Under the pieces are notes generated by a model. The model searched no databases. It was not told the DNA's origin and saw only the letters and a program-made list of their open reading frames with translations. Both the position numbers and the translations under genes were made by a program. Below are positions 22,481-34,560 of a stretch of DNA of 40,233 nucleotides, piece by piece. Origin of the DNA: Octopus sinensis (lineage: Eukaryota); the NCBI RefSeq assembly GCF_006345805.1, contig NW_021835535.1, forward strand, positions 1-40,233, read 5' to 3'. Each line of letters opens with the position of its first letter. Position 1 is the stretch's first letter.

Positions 22481-23544
22481 TGACAACGTTTGTCCATGTC
22501 AAGACATTCGACTACATCCAGAAGTTGAGTGCTAGTTCAGGAATTCAGTTCTTACAAGGAGTATGGAGTTGGAGCTATGGCCCAGGGTGGTAGCTCATGT
22601 CAGGACCCCAGTTATTGGTCAAAATAGCAGAAAATAGTCCTAAGAGAGTCCAAAGGCATAGCTGCTAAGGTATCATGGACTCTGGAATGGGAGTGAGGAC
22701 TGGCCCCCATTGCACGTGACACTTATGTACCCCACTGTGTGGAATGTCCTGTGCCCCTGCCTGTCTATTGGTTAGATACGCTCTTAGCTTTAAGTGTAAG
22801 CTCAGAAGAGCAGAAGACTAGCAGAGAAAATTGTAAATAAACCAGCAGAAGGCAACATGAAATTCTGCTGCATTTTTCCCAAGAAAAAAACATGAGTCTT
22901 CAGAGTTTGGCCTATGTCACCAATGCTTGTAGCATGTCACGCTTACAGCTTTATATTAATGTAACTTTACTGAATACAACACTGTTGCATTGCATTAATG
23001 GCTTTCTATCAAAGTAGTCTTGTATGAAATGCAGTTATGTCACATAACATTAGAAGCCTTATATTAATTTAATAGTAAACATCCTTAAAATTAAAAATAC
23101 AGAATAAATATGTACGCAGCTTCTGTTGGATCTCAGGGAAAACATTATGTCAATAATAAACACATGCTTGTTCTAATTCACTTCTTCATTTTTATTTGTC
23201 AGTTGATTAACAATTTCACTAATAAACTAATCAACTGGTTTCATTAATTGTTTAGTGAATCATTCAATCAACTAAGTTTGTCAAAGATTTTCCGTCCCCA
23301 TTCACATGCCTCAAGGGCATGTCATTCATTAGGTTGCAAATGGCAATAAAAGGAGTTTGACAAACCTAGTTCATTGATTGATTGAATGATTAATCAAACA
23401 GTCAATTAATTCATTGATTACATATTTAACCAAATGACAAATAAAATTTAAAGAAGTGAAATAGAACCAGTGTATGTGTTTATTATTGACATAATGATCC
23501 TCGCAAGATACAACAAAATCTGTTTCAGATTCTTAGTTCACATC

Positions 23545-23752
23545 AAGAATATTGGTTTCAAATTTTAACACAAGGCCAGCAATTTCGTGGGGTGGGGGTG
23601 GGGGTGAGTCAATTACATTGAACTCAGTACTCAGTTGATACTTATCTTATTGACCTCGAGAGATGCAAAGCATAGATGACCACAGCAGAATTTGAACTCA
23701 GAAACTAAACACAGCTGTTTGTCCAGCCTGCTAATGATTCTGCCAGCTTATC
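23545..23752 (-). mobile_element. Diverged SINE family 2-related copy
   Basis: Minus strand AAGCTGGCAGAATCATTAGC...TGAGTTCAAATTCTGC...GGTCAATAAGATAAGTATCA. Confidence 0.5.
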
Positions 23753-24084
23753 ACACGAGTTCCCATCAAAAATATTGCAAACTCAAATCGAACAACAAAT
23801 TTAAACACACCAATAATTGTTTGAATAATGATAAAAGATTTTTTTTCCAAACTAAAAACAATTTCCTGACTAGAATGGCCAGATTTATTTCCAGAAACCT
23901 GAAATTTCCTGGAGTAAGAAATTTTTCCAAGTTAATAATTTGCAGATATAAAGAAAGTTGTGTACTTCTAGGAATCATCAAAATGGTGAGAAGTATAATG
24001 TTCGGTTATCAGATATCAGAACTAATAAAAGAGATACGGTAGAAATTGGAGAAATTAATTTTAGTCTAGACGGAATTGTTAGTG

Positions 24085-24150
24085 TATACATACATACATA
24101 CATACATACATACATACATACATACATACACTCATACATACATACATATG

Positions 24151-24213
<63 letters not shown>

Positions 24214-24221
24214 TCATACAC

Positions 24222-24253
<32 letters not shown>

Positions 24254-24460
24254 ATTTATATATACAAACAGATACACACATACATACATACATACATACA
24301 TACATACATACATACATACATACATACATACATACATACATACATGCATGCATACATATATACATACATGCATACATATTTACATACAAACAAACACATG
24401 CATATATATATATATATATGTGTGATACATACATATATGTATATGTATATACACATATTT
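24085..24460. repeat. (TACA)n/(CA)n microsatellite
   Basis: Directly visible. Confidence 0.95.
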
Positions 24461-24661
24461 ATATCGTCAGTAAATCATAAATCTGAAAAAGAAACACACT
24501 TTAAGCTACAGAGCAGTAGAGTATATAGATAAAGATAGATATGGCTGGTCTATGGGATTGCCCTGGGTTTAAGATCCAGAAAACACTTAACTTTACAGCG
24601 TTTCTTCAGACCCTTGGCCCATTGCCTCTCTTGTAAGGGGCCACTTGCTAGAGAGGCCATA

Positions 24662-24731
24662 GGGCTAGGGTCTGACGAAATGTAAAGCTAAGCGCTTTAT
24701 GGACATGAAACTCAGGGTAACCCCTTGGACC
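24662..24731 (+). ncRNA. Type I hammerhead ribozyme motif, canonical core
   Basis: GGGT-CTGACGA(24672-78)-A-ATGT[AAAGC/GCTTT]ACAT-GAAA(24707-10)-CTCAGGG-TA-ACCC. GUA triplet, predicted cut after 24719. Confidence 0.7.
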
Positions 24732-24736
24732 ACCCA

Positions 24737-24813
<77 letters not shown>

Positions 24814-24848
24814 GTTTATCTGTCTGTCTATCTGTCTGTCTGTCTATC
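24737..24848. repeat. (TATC)n/(TGTC)n tetranucleotide array
   Basis: Directly visible; 5' flank of the Tx1 element. Confidence 0.95.
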
Positions 24849-26606
24849 TGGCGACTCTGAGGGGCATCCCGTGAGAATTAGGATGCAGGACAAGCGTGTC
24901 TGCATACGCGGACGACGTCACTGTCATAGTGTCAAGCCACGAGCACATCGAGCTGGTCGGCGAGACACTGAAAGACCATGAAGTGGTGACAGGAGCGAAA
25001 ATTAACCGAGAAAAGTCAGTGGGCTTGCGGCTCAGCCCTTGGAGAAGCAAGCCCATGCCGTCCACCAGCACCTCCGTTGTGGGATGCTGGACGGACGGCC
25101 CGGTTGAATTGCTCGGGGTCTGGTTCGGTCCGGACCTCCAAATGGAGAAGAACTGGAATGAGATAATGAGTAGGGTGGTCACTTTCGCCGGGCAATGGGC
25201 CGAGAGGAAACTGTCCCTAAAAGGTCGGGTGGAGGTGGCAAACATGTACATCGCGTCCATCATCTACTACCGCCTGACCGTCGTACCTTGTCCCGACCCT
25301 ACCATCATCAAACTAGAACGCATTCTCTTCCGCTTCTTGTGGAAAGGACAGGTCCTGATGGTCAGGCGATCCATTTGCTGTCAATACCCATTAAAAGGAG
25401 GGCTGGGCATGCCGTGGTTGATGATGTGCAGACACGCGCTGAGACTGCGACATCTCCGGCTCTATGTAGACGACAGTGAATAGGTGTGGTCGCCGTTTGT
25501 GAGGCATGCTTTCCCGCAGCTCGTTTCCATGACCGAACTGCAGTCGTGGACCAAAAAGAGGCCGAGGAAGGGCGAATGGCATCACGGGTGTTGTGTTGCT
25601 CTCAAGCAACTCTGCTGTCCCGGGTCGACCTTGAGTGACTTCAACACAACCAAAGCATTCTATAGGGGATTAGTGGAGGGGAGGTACAATGACGATCTTG
25701 CGGCAAACCTGGGCGTCGACGAGGAATACCTGACCCGCCTGTTTGAAATGACTTTCGGGCCGGGACCTATGGACAACTTCCAGAGATCCCTGGCCTGGCA
25801 GTGCTACCGAGAAGTGCTACCCGTTCGGGATAAGCTCTATAGGCATGGCTCGAGAAACACGGGGCCGACCTGCCCGAGATGCGGGCAGAGCGACGAAACC
25901 GCTCTGCACGCAATCGTGCAGTGTCCAACAATCTCCGACCTATGGGCTTATGTCGAACGACTGCTGTCACGTGTGGGATGTGTCGGTTTATCAGCCGAGT
26001 CTATCATTAATATCGTCACGCCTCCTTCCTTCAAACGGGAAGAAAGAGTTATTTTCATCATACTTGTGGCTATGGCGAAAGAATGTATCTGGTGGATGTG
26101 CGTGAAAGGATTAGAGACAAACACTTTCCTCTCTGGTCAATCTCTCATCAACTTCTTCAAGTATCACTTGAAGAGAAAAGTGAGAGTAGAGAGGCAAGTT
26201 TTGTCTAGTGAATGTTTTAAAAAAAGATGGGTGAATGTAGCAAGGATGATGCGTATGAATGACGAAGCCACCTTGACTATGATCCTATGAACCGTAAAAA
26301 TTAATACAGAGAGTTGCTTATTTGTAAAAAGAAATATAAGCGTTTCTTTCCACGGGTAAACCTCACCTGTCCTCTCCTTTACACTTTATATTGACATTTC
26401 TGTGATAACGATCCTTATTAAACAATATTTTTTCCTTTTCCTTTTATTTTTATCCCCCCCCCCAGCTTTTTTTTTTTGCTTTCCTCTTTCCTTTTACGAT
26501 CCCTTTTGATTGAAAACCAAACCCCCTTTTTTATTCCTAAAAGAAAAGCTCTACCTTGTAATTTGTCCCGTCTGTGTGCAGCCCTGTGTGGCTGATAAAG
26601 AAACAT
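24849..26606 (+). mobile_element. Tx1/L1-type LINE, 5'-truncated ORF2 (RT C-terminal part plus CCHC finger) and 3' UTR
   Basis: AYADD, GAKINREKS, LLGVWFG, LSLKGR, KGGLGMP and the zf-RVT-like CPRCGQSDETALHAIVQC. ORFs 24896-25483 and 25484-26290 are in one frame, separated by a single TAG. Confidence 0.88.
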
Positions 26607-26625
26607 ATCTATCTATCTATCTATT

Positions 26626-26913
26626 ATCATCATCCTCATCGTTTAACGTCCACTTTCCATGCTAGCATGGGTTGGACAATTTGACTGAAGATTGGCGAAC
26701 CAGATGGCTGCACCAGGCTCCTATCTGATCTGGCAGAGTTTCTACAGCAGGATACCCTTTGTAATGCCAACCACTCCGAGAGTGTAGTGGGTGCTTTTAT
26801 GTGCCACTGGCATGAGAGCTAGTCAGGCGGTACTGGCACGGCCACACTTAAATGCTGTTTTTTACGTGCCACCTGCACAGGAGCGAGTCCAGTGGCACTG
26901 GTAATGTCCTCGC

Positions 26914-26915
<2 letters not shown>
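26626..26915 (-). mobile_element. RTE 3' UTR copy with (GAT)n tail
   Basis: Reverse complement of the family consensus. Confidence 0.85.
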
Positions 26916-26953
<38 letters not shown>

Positions 26954-27094
26954 ACATATAAGGGATGGCCATAATAGGACATCCGACTCACTAGAAAGAG
27001 CAGTTAAACTCCAAACCACTAATAGTTAATAGAAATATTAAAATTACTAAGTCTCTCTAAAGGAGATTACGGCAGCGTTACTGGATATTAATAG

Positions 27095-27339
27095 TTATCG
27101 CCATACTAATATGACAGTCCATAAATATAAGACTAAAGCTGTCGCTGATTAGCTCCAAGAGGCCACCGCCTCTAGCTAGCTATATGACACACGAACCTGC
27201 GTCCATTACAACTGTTCGAAGGTTGTAATGGACGCAGGTTCGTGTGTCATATAGCTAGCTAGAGGCGGTGGCCTCTTGGAGCTAATCAGCGACAGCTTTA
27301 GTCTTATATTTATGGACTGTCATATTAGTATGGCGATAA
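27095..27339. repeat. Perfect 118-bp inverted repeat with 9-nt loop
   Basis: Arms 27095-27212 and 27222-27339 are exact reverse complements. Confidence 0.95.
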
Positions 27340-27394
27340 TCACTAATAGTTGTAATTCTGAAATGGAAAGAGAAATAAAAACGTTTACCCTCTC

Positions 27395-27479
27395 CTTTCT
27401 GGACTATGCATAGTTTCAGCAATCTTTTGTAAATAAAATAAATTTATTTACGACTGGCATTGCACTCTTCAGCAGAAAG
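27395..27479 (-). ncRNA. Type I hammerhead ribozyme motif, canonical core
   Basis: Minus strand: CTTTCTG-CTGAAGA-GT-GCAAT...[GTAAATAAA/TTTATTTAC]...ATTGC-T-GAAA-CTATGCATAG-TC-CAGAAAG. 7-bp stem I, palindromic stem III, GUC triplet. Confidence 0.82.
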
Positions 27480-27624
27480 CCAAGGACTAGCATATAGCCA
27501 CGAGGCGATAATAGCCATGCCTCGAGTCTATATGCTATAACTGCGGTTTTCTCAGCAGTAAATAAAAACTGCCGATTTAATTTCAAAATTAGCCAAAAAA
27601 TCATTAATTAATACCTAAGATTTA

Positions 27625-27659
<35 letters not shown>

Positions 27660-27701
27660 ATAATATTAGGGAAAAAATCCAAACTTACAGGGAAAAATTA
27701 G

Positions 27702-27731
<30 letters not shown>

Positions 27732-27737
<6 letters not shown>

Positions 27738-28423
27738 TGCAGTGAATGAACTGTTGTCTAAATTATGTAAAAATGAAAATAACACTGACATCTAATTTTC
27801 ACAGATATATTTACCAAAATTGCATAAAAACGTCTTGAAATACTAAAGAGTAAATTTATTCAATAAAATAGCCATTCGCTTCAACCACAGCCTCCAAATC
27901 ACTTTGCAATCTCCTGCAACCCTTCTGGATAGGTTCCTTTTTTAAGTTGGTGAATGCTGCCATAATCCTTGCTTTCAGTTCACTTTTAGTTATGACATAG
28001 GGTTCCCAGACATAGGGTTTTCCAGCAGTCTCTCTCTTGACCCATGGCAGCACTTCCTCATCCAGGCACTGTGGGAAGATGAATGGAGACATAACATCGC
28101 CATCATTAGTGATCACTTCAAGCACCATGGTGTTGATTGAATGTTTGATTTTTATCACTCTCGGTACATGTTTTGGGGACAAAGATTGACACCTAAACAC
28201 TCTGAAATGTTCCTATCGGAGCTTCTGGTGCGAATGCCAAGCCATACAGGCATGTTGCTTCCAAATTTCTGGCAGAGTGAATTGCGTCATGGTGCTGTTT
28301 TTCTCACAGACGGTGTCCAACTGACCCTACTATACTGTGTAGTCAACAAAATCAAAAACAAACAATGTGGATGAGCGAAATGTAAAATATAAAATGGCAA
28401 CAATTTACCTATTGCTCCCTATA
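27732..28423 (-). mobile_element. Tc1/mariner (DD37D/maT-like) internally deleted element
   Basis: Transposase remnants: start MTQFTLPEIW at 28290, VPRV..KH..MV..VITNDG.VM.PF.FP, and ELKARIMAAF....RLEAVVEANG.FIE. Degenerate ~24-bp TIRs at both ends. Confidence 0.75.
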
Positions 28424-28736
28424 CACACACACACAAACACACACACACATACATGTGTATATGTGCATGTATATATATATGTGTGTATGTACAGATTTAT
28501 GTGAAATATATGTATATATATATATATATATGTATCTATATATTTATATATATGTATATATACATAAACATACATACTTATATTTCTATGACGAAGAAGT
28601 TATTAACCATTTGGAGGTGTCAGCCATTCTCAATGAACCAGACTAATAGATTATGGTAAATAAATTACTCCTGATAGACTTTCATATCGGAATAATTGTC
28701 TGCTGGGGTGTGTATGTGAGTGTGTGTGTGCATGCA

Positions 28737-29070
<334 letters not shown>

Positions 29071-29819
29071 GTTTAACGTCCGTTTTCCGTGCTAGCACGT
29101 ATATATATATACACACAAACACACACACATGTAAAACCCTTGTTTTCTTGATATTTTCTATTAAAGAATCTGGCACAATGAGATAGAATAAAGTAGAAAT
29201 AAAACAAAAGGTAACAAACTATAGAACTATAAGGTATATATTGTAATATAATTGATGTCATTAATAACAGAGTCGGTTGTAATCAAGTGAGAATTGTCTG
29301 TGATATGTTCACATTCCATTCTGCCTCCGTTTGCATTACACTGCGTTAATCTATGGCACTGAACCTCACACACACACACACACACACACACTATGCTACG
29401 GTACTCTTTACACAAGGCCATAGTACAGTTGCCAGAGTATAGTACATAGTAGAGTTGCCACCCTACTATAATATACTGAGGCAGTGAATTGGTGTAGTTG
29501 CTAAAGTGTTGGTTGGAATCCCTTGCAGTTTGTTTCAGCTCATTGCATCCATCCATCCATCCATCCATCCATCCATCCCTTCTCCTCCTCCTCCTCTTCC
29601 TCTTCCCCTTCTTCCTCTTCCTCTTCCTCCTCCTCCTCTTCCCCCTCCTCCGCCTCCTCCTCTTCCTCTTCCTCCTCCTCCTCACCACCACCACTACCAC
29701 CACCAACACCACCAATCTTTTCCCAACCTCACCCCAAGCTTCTCTTCAGGCCTTCGGCCATCATAAGTCAAGTCATGCTTGCGCAATCCAGGATGAGGGT
29801 TTGCACCTTCCTTTTTGAA

Positions 29820-30029
29820 GTAGGCAGGTGCATCCCACCCCAACCTTTGGGCTTGCTGTTACCCATTCTTTGCTATCAAGAGGCTTTCTTGGAGCTGGAT
29901 TTTCTACAGGGAGCATGCCCTTGCTTACCCCCAACCTCAGTTTCTAGACATGAGTGGTCCCGAGACCAAGGTGCCTACCATGATTTTTAAGAAATATGGT
30001 GGAAAACTAGCTCAGGAAGGCAGGGACGC
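29820..30029. repeat. Interspersed repeat, copy 2 of 2
   Basis: Homologous to 7860-8071. Confidence 0.8.
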
Positions 30030-30302
30030 TATTCCCTGAGATCCCTTTCAAGGTACCACCCCCTACCTAATTGAGCTCAAATTCAGTAAAAGTTAACTTT
30101 GTCCTTCATCTTCTTGGGGGTTGACGAAAATGTCCCTAACAAAGATATTGCATTGCTGGAACACCTTTTGGCGTTTGTTTCTGTTCTTTGTGTTCTGCCT
30201 GTGATAGCACTTGTACCAAGCTATAATGGCCCCAGACAGTGGCCGTTCCCTTGGAAAAACATTAGTGGTATACAGAGGAGAGATTATCAAGGTGGTTTTT
30301 AA

Positions 30303-30521
30303 TCTTTTAGCATTTAAACTGGCCATATCTGATCCAAACATTCTACCTGTTTTATGTTCACACTGGTCAGATCAAGCCTTTTACACCTACCCTACAATGC
30401 TATTTCAAAACAAACAGTCACATCATTGAAATCTCAAAGCTACAAAATGATGCATGATTAATTCAAAACAATGTGAATAAATAAGACACAGATTTGACAG
30501 AGTCGTCTGAATGCTAAAGGA
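30303..30521. mobile_element. piggyBac-type MITE, about 219 bp
   Basis: TIRs TCTTTTAGCATTT / GAATGCTAAAGGA (11/13 match), flanked by TTAA (30299-30302) and TCAA (30522-30525). Confidence 0.6.
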
Positions 30522-30629
30522 TCAAAAAACCCAACAGGTACCTACTCATGAATTTTGACCAAACATTGGTCAAGGCACTGAAATACAATAATATCTGTAA
30601 GCATAGCAGTGTTGTTCTTTTAGCAAACT

Positions 30630-31127
30630 GTGAGTTCACAGCTGTAACTTACACCAGTGTCACATAACCAGTCCACTCAAAAGTACCTTGGATCATAGGG
30701 TGACATGGTTTGCTTGAGGAGACCTATTGAGTCATGTACAGCAACATCAACATCAAAATCAAATCAAATGGAAATTGTAGTTGTGAGCCCCGTGCTGGTA
30801 GCACGTAAAAAGCACAATCCGAATGTAGCTGATGCCAGTGACACTTTGACTGGCTTCCATGTCGGTGGCATGTAAAGAGCTCCATCTGATTGTGGTTGAT
30901 ATCAGCTCCTCTGGCTCCTTACTGTGCCAGTGACATGTAAAAAGCACCCACTACACTCCCTAAGTGGTTGGCGTTAGGAAGGGCATCCAGCTGTAGAAAC
31001 TCTGCCAGATCAGATTGGGGCCTGGTGCAGCCTCCTGGCTTGCCAGACCCGAGTCGAACCATCCAACTCATGCCAGCATGGAAAACGGACGTTAAACAAT
31101 GATGATGATGATGATGATGATGATGGT
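30630..31127 (+). mobile_element. RTE 3' UTR copy with (GAT)n tail
   Basis: Homology to 6340-6460 and 12240-12462. Confidence 0.8.
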
Positions 31128-32202
31128 TTCATGTTCACTTCCAATGTGCAGTACCTTAAGCAAGTATCTTCTACAATAACCTCAAATTGACCCAAAGGGT
31201 TTTAGAGTTGTGTGGTCGTCACTCTAGTAGTAGTTTTCTCTGTACCAAATGTTAATGTGGATGCAAGGTTAGGAATAACGAAGGAGTCATTCTTAAACTT
31301 CACAAATAATTTAATTATTGATAAGAATGGATACGAGTTTACCAAGAATATACTCTGAGTGAAGCTGCACAGAAATGGGAAGAGTTACATACAATATTCT
31401 TTCCTGGTCGCGTTCTGTGTGAAAGAAATGCAATAGAAAATGTACGAAGGAATTTTGTAATGCAAATGGTTCGTTAGTGGAGCAAGAGAAATCCGTACAC
31501 ATGTCATGTAACATAAAGGGCATGAGGCACATGGTCACTGCTAGAGGTCATCTTCTTAGCTTAGGCCATGTGTAGACGAGTATAGTTGTTCTCCGTCACA
31601 AGGATGCAAACAGGTCAGATTTGGAGTAGTAAAGAGAAAAAGAACGAATCTCTCTGTCACATATATAGGCTGAAAAGTTGCTAGCTCCCCCTAGTGAACA
31701 ACACCTTTCTAGAATGCTCCGTGCCATTGTGACATTACTAAAAGGGACACTAATCTGCAATTCTTGGAACTTTGTAGAATGTTCACCAAGGGAGGCCACT
31801 GGTGTTGAATCCCCTTGCTTCCAGAAAACCGTTAATAGAACAATGACAGAATCTGTTTCAATTTACATCATGTCTTCAGGGTTTTCTCTTGAAACTGTGT
31901 GGAAACATGTGGAATGGGCAATTTGGTGGTGCTGGAGGATTTGGTTGGAGAATATTCAGTAATTTTTGTGATATGAATAATTTGAGGAATGGCTTTGTTG
32001 TTAAGAAGGTTGTTTCTCAACTATAGACATTTGGGTTCACTCACAGCACCTTAGGCAAGTACTTTCTTTTACTATCGCCTCAGACTAACCAAAGCCTTCC
32101 GAGTAGATTTGGCAAATAGAAACTGAAAGAAGATTATCATATATATAATTTTGAAAATGAATTGAAATTAAATTATTTATTAAAAAAAAATATAATAAGC
32201 GT

Positions 32203-32425
32203 GGAGGCGCAATGGCCTAGTGGTTAGGGCAGCGGACTCGCGGTCGCAGGATTGCGGTTTCGATTCTCAGACCGGGCGTTGTGTGTGTTTATTGAGCGAA
32301 AACACCTAAAAGCTCTACGAGGCTCCGGCAGGGGGTGGTGATCCCTGCTGTACTCTTTCACCACAATGGCGGTGCCCCAGCATGGCCACAGCTCAAGAGC
32401 TGAAACTGGAAAAACAAACAAACAA
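32203..32425 (+). mobile_element. tRNA-derived SINE family 3 head joined to a family 1-type tail
   Basis: A-box TGGCCTAGTGG and B-box-like GTTTCGATTC. From 32367, GGCGGTGCCCCAGCATGGCCACAG matches the 3' end of family 1. Confidence 0.7.
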
Positions 32426-33299
32426 AAACAAAACAAAAGCAACAGACACTGATTTATCTCATTTGCATATATTTATTTAATGTATTCTGGCAGAGTATGA
32501 CATAATTAAGATGATGGTGAGGATGATGGTGACTGAATCATAATGATGTGTGTGTGTGTGTGTGTGTGTATGTGTGTGTGTGTGTGTGTATGTGAGTGTA
32601 TGCATATCATCATCATCATCATTGTCAACATCCTCCTCCTCCTCATCATCATTATCATCGTTGTCATCATTGCCATCATCATCATCATCATTGTTATCGT
32701 TGTCATCATCATCTTCATTATCACGATCATGATCATCATGATCATTATCCTCCTCCTCCTCCTCCACCTCACCATCATCATCATCATCATCATTGTCATC
32801 ATGAAATTATGACAGAAGTTTTAAATTTGGCTCAGTTTCAAACAAGAAGTTTGAACCATAAGAACTAAACAATGTTCTTGGGGTTTTAGATAGATGGGTA
32901 TCGAAGAGGTTGAAAGCACCCTTATCTGTCGGGTGACCCACGAACCAAAAATTCCATTTGAAAAAATACTTCGCTAAAATACCAGCAATAACACTCAACT
33001 TACCAGCCAGTCATGCCGCACACCATAGACAAAAATTCATTTTAAGTTACTCAACAATTTGAAGAGGATGGGCACTTTCTCATAAAGGATGGAGAAGCAA
33101 ATAGTTGCCCCTTCTAAAGTAACCCTTTTCTGTTTGTTTTTTTGGATGTCTGGGTCTGGTTCCTGTTCCCTGTAGTTCTGATACATCACAGGGGTTTCTG
33201 TTGAACATTATATATATTTTTTTTGGGGGGGGGGTGATGATGTAACACAAAAGCAGAACAAATAATTTACAAAAATACAGAAAAAAAAAATTGTTTCTC

Positions 33300-33630
33300 T
33301 TATTTGTTGCTTGTTGTTGTAGTTTGTTGTTGTTGTTGCTGTTGTTGTTGTTGTTGTTGTTGGTGGTGGTGGTCGTGGTGGTGCTGCTGTTGGTGCTGTT
33401 ATAGTCGTTGTTGTAGGTGCTGTTGTTGTTGTTTTTCCTGTTGTGGTTCCTGCTGTTGTAGTTGTGGATTTTGTTGTTGTTGTTGTTGCTGATGGTGGTG
33501 CTGTTGCTGTTGTGGTCGTTGTTGTGGGTGGTGATGGTGGTGATGGTGCTGCTGCTGCTGCTGCCGTAGTTGTTGTCGTTGTTGTTTTAGTTGTTGTTCC
33601 TGTTGTGGTTGTTGTAGTTGTTGTTGTTTC
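33300..33630. repeat. (GTT/GGT/GCT)n low-complexity array
   Basis: Directly visible; gives a Thr-rich pseudo-ORF on the minus strand. Confidence 0.9.
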
Positions 33631-33794
33631 TGCTAGTGAGTTGGCCGAACCAAAACAGACGTACAACAAAGCTGAGTCATTGGCTGCTGTTTGTTGGCAA
33701 ATATCCAAAACAAGCTGATCTGCTGTGGGGGGTGGGGGTCCACTCTAATACAAGAAGGCCCCCCACTCTCTTCAATTTGCTTTCATAGTGTAAC

Positions 33795-33811
33795 ATGTGT
33801 GTGTGTGTGTG

Positions 33812-33854
<43 letters not shown>

Positions 33855-33954
33855 ATATATATATATATGTATATATATATATATGTATATATATGTATAT
33901 GTATATGTGCATGTATATATATGTGTGTGTATATATGTGTATGTATATATATAT

Positions 33955-34028
<74 letters not shown>

Positions 34029-34560
34029 GATAGATAGATATAAAGAAAAAGAAACAGAACAGACAGGTATATACACTTGTATACTTATACAAGCATGTGC
34101 ACTACATATAATACATGTATATGCATGCATACATACACAAACACACAAACACTCATATATATATATATGTATGTATGTATATTTATATATATGTGTATAT
34201 ATTTATATATATGTATATGTATATATATATATATGTATATATATGTATGTATATACATACGTGAATATATATATATGTGTATGTATATATATGTATATGT
34301 ATATATATGTATATATATGTATATATGTGTGTATGTTTATGTATATGCACATATACACATGCTTATATATGTGAGTGTGTGTATATGTGCATCTATGCAC
34401 ATGTACATGTATGTGTGTATTCATATGCATACATTATATTTAATGAATGTATATACTGCACATGCTTGTATATGTATATATATATATGTATGTATATACT
34501 TGTCTGTTTGTTTCTCCCCATATACACATACATACACATACATTAATATAAACACACACT
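33795..34560. repeat. (TA)n/(TG)n compound microsatellite
   Basis: Directly visible. Confidence 0.9.

Noticed and set aside
23200-23420. Cluster of TGATTGAT/TGATTAAT Pbx-Hox-like sites
   Set aside because: Expected by chance in AT-rich, (TGAT)-like degenerate sequence; no conservation data.
28665-28710. CTGATAGA...GAAT-AATT-GTC and an upstream weakly GIY-YIG-tail-like peptide
   Set aside because: Stems I and II do not pair, and the peptide similarity is too short to support.
30090-30300. Minus-strand basic peptide resembling a LINE linker region
   Set aside because: No diagnostic motif; cannot be supported without a database search.
32203-32280. Possible tRNA gene
   Set aside because: Acceptor and anticodon stems do not pair, and it continues into SINE body sequence. 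It is a tRNA-derived SINE head.
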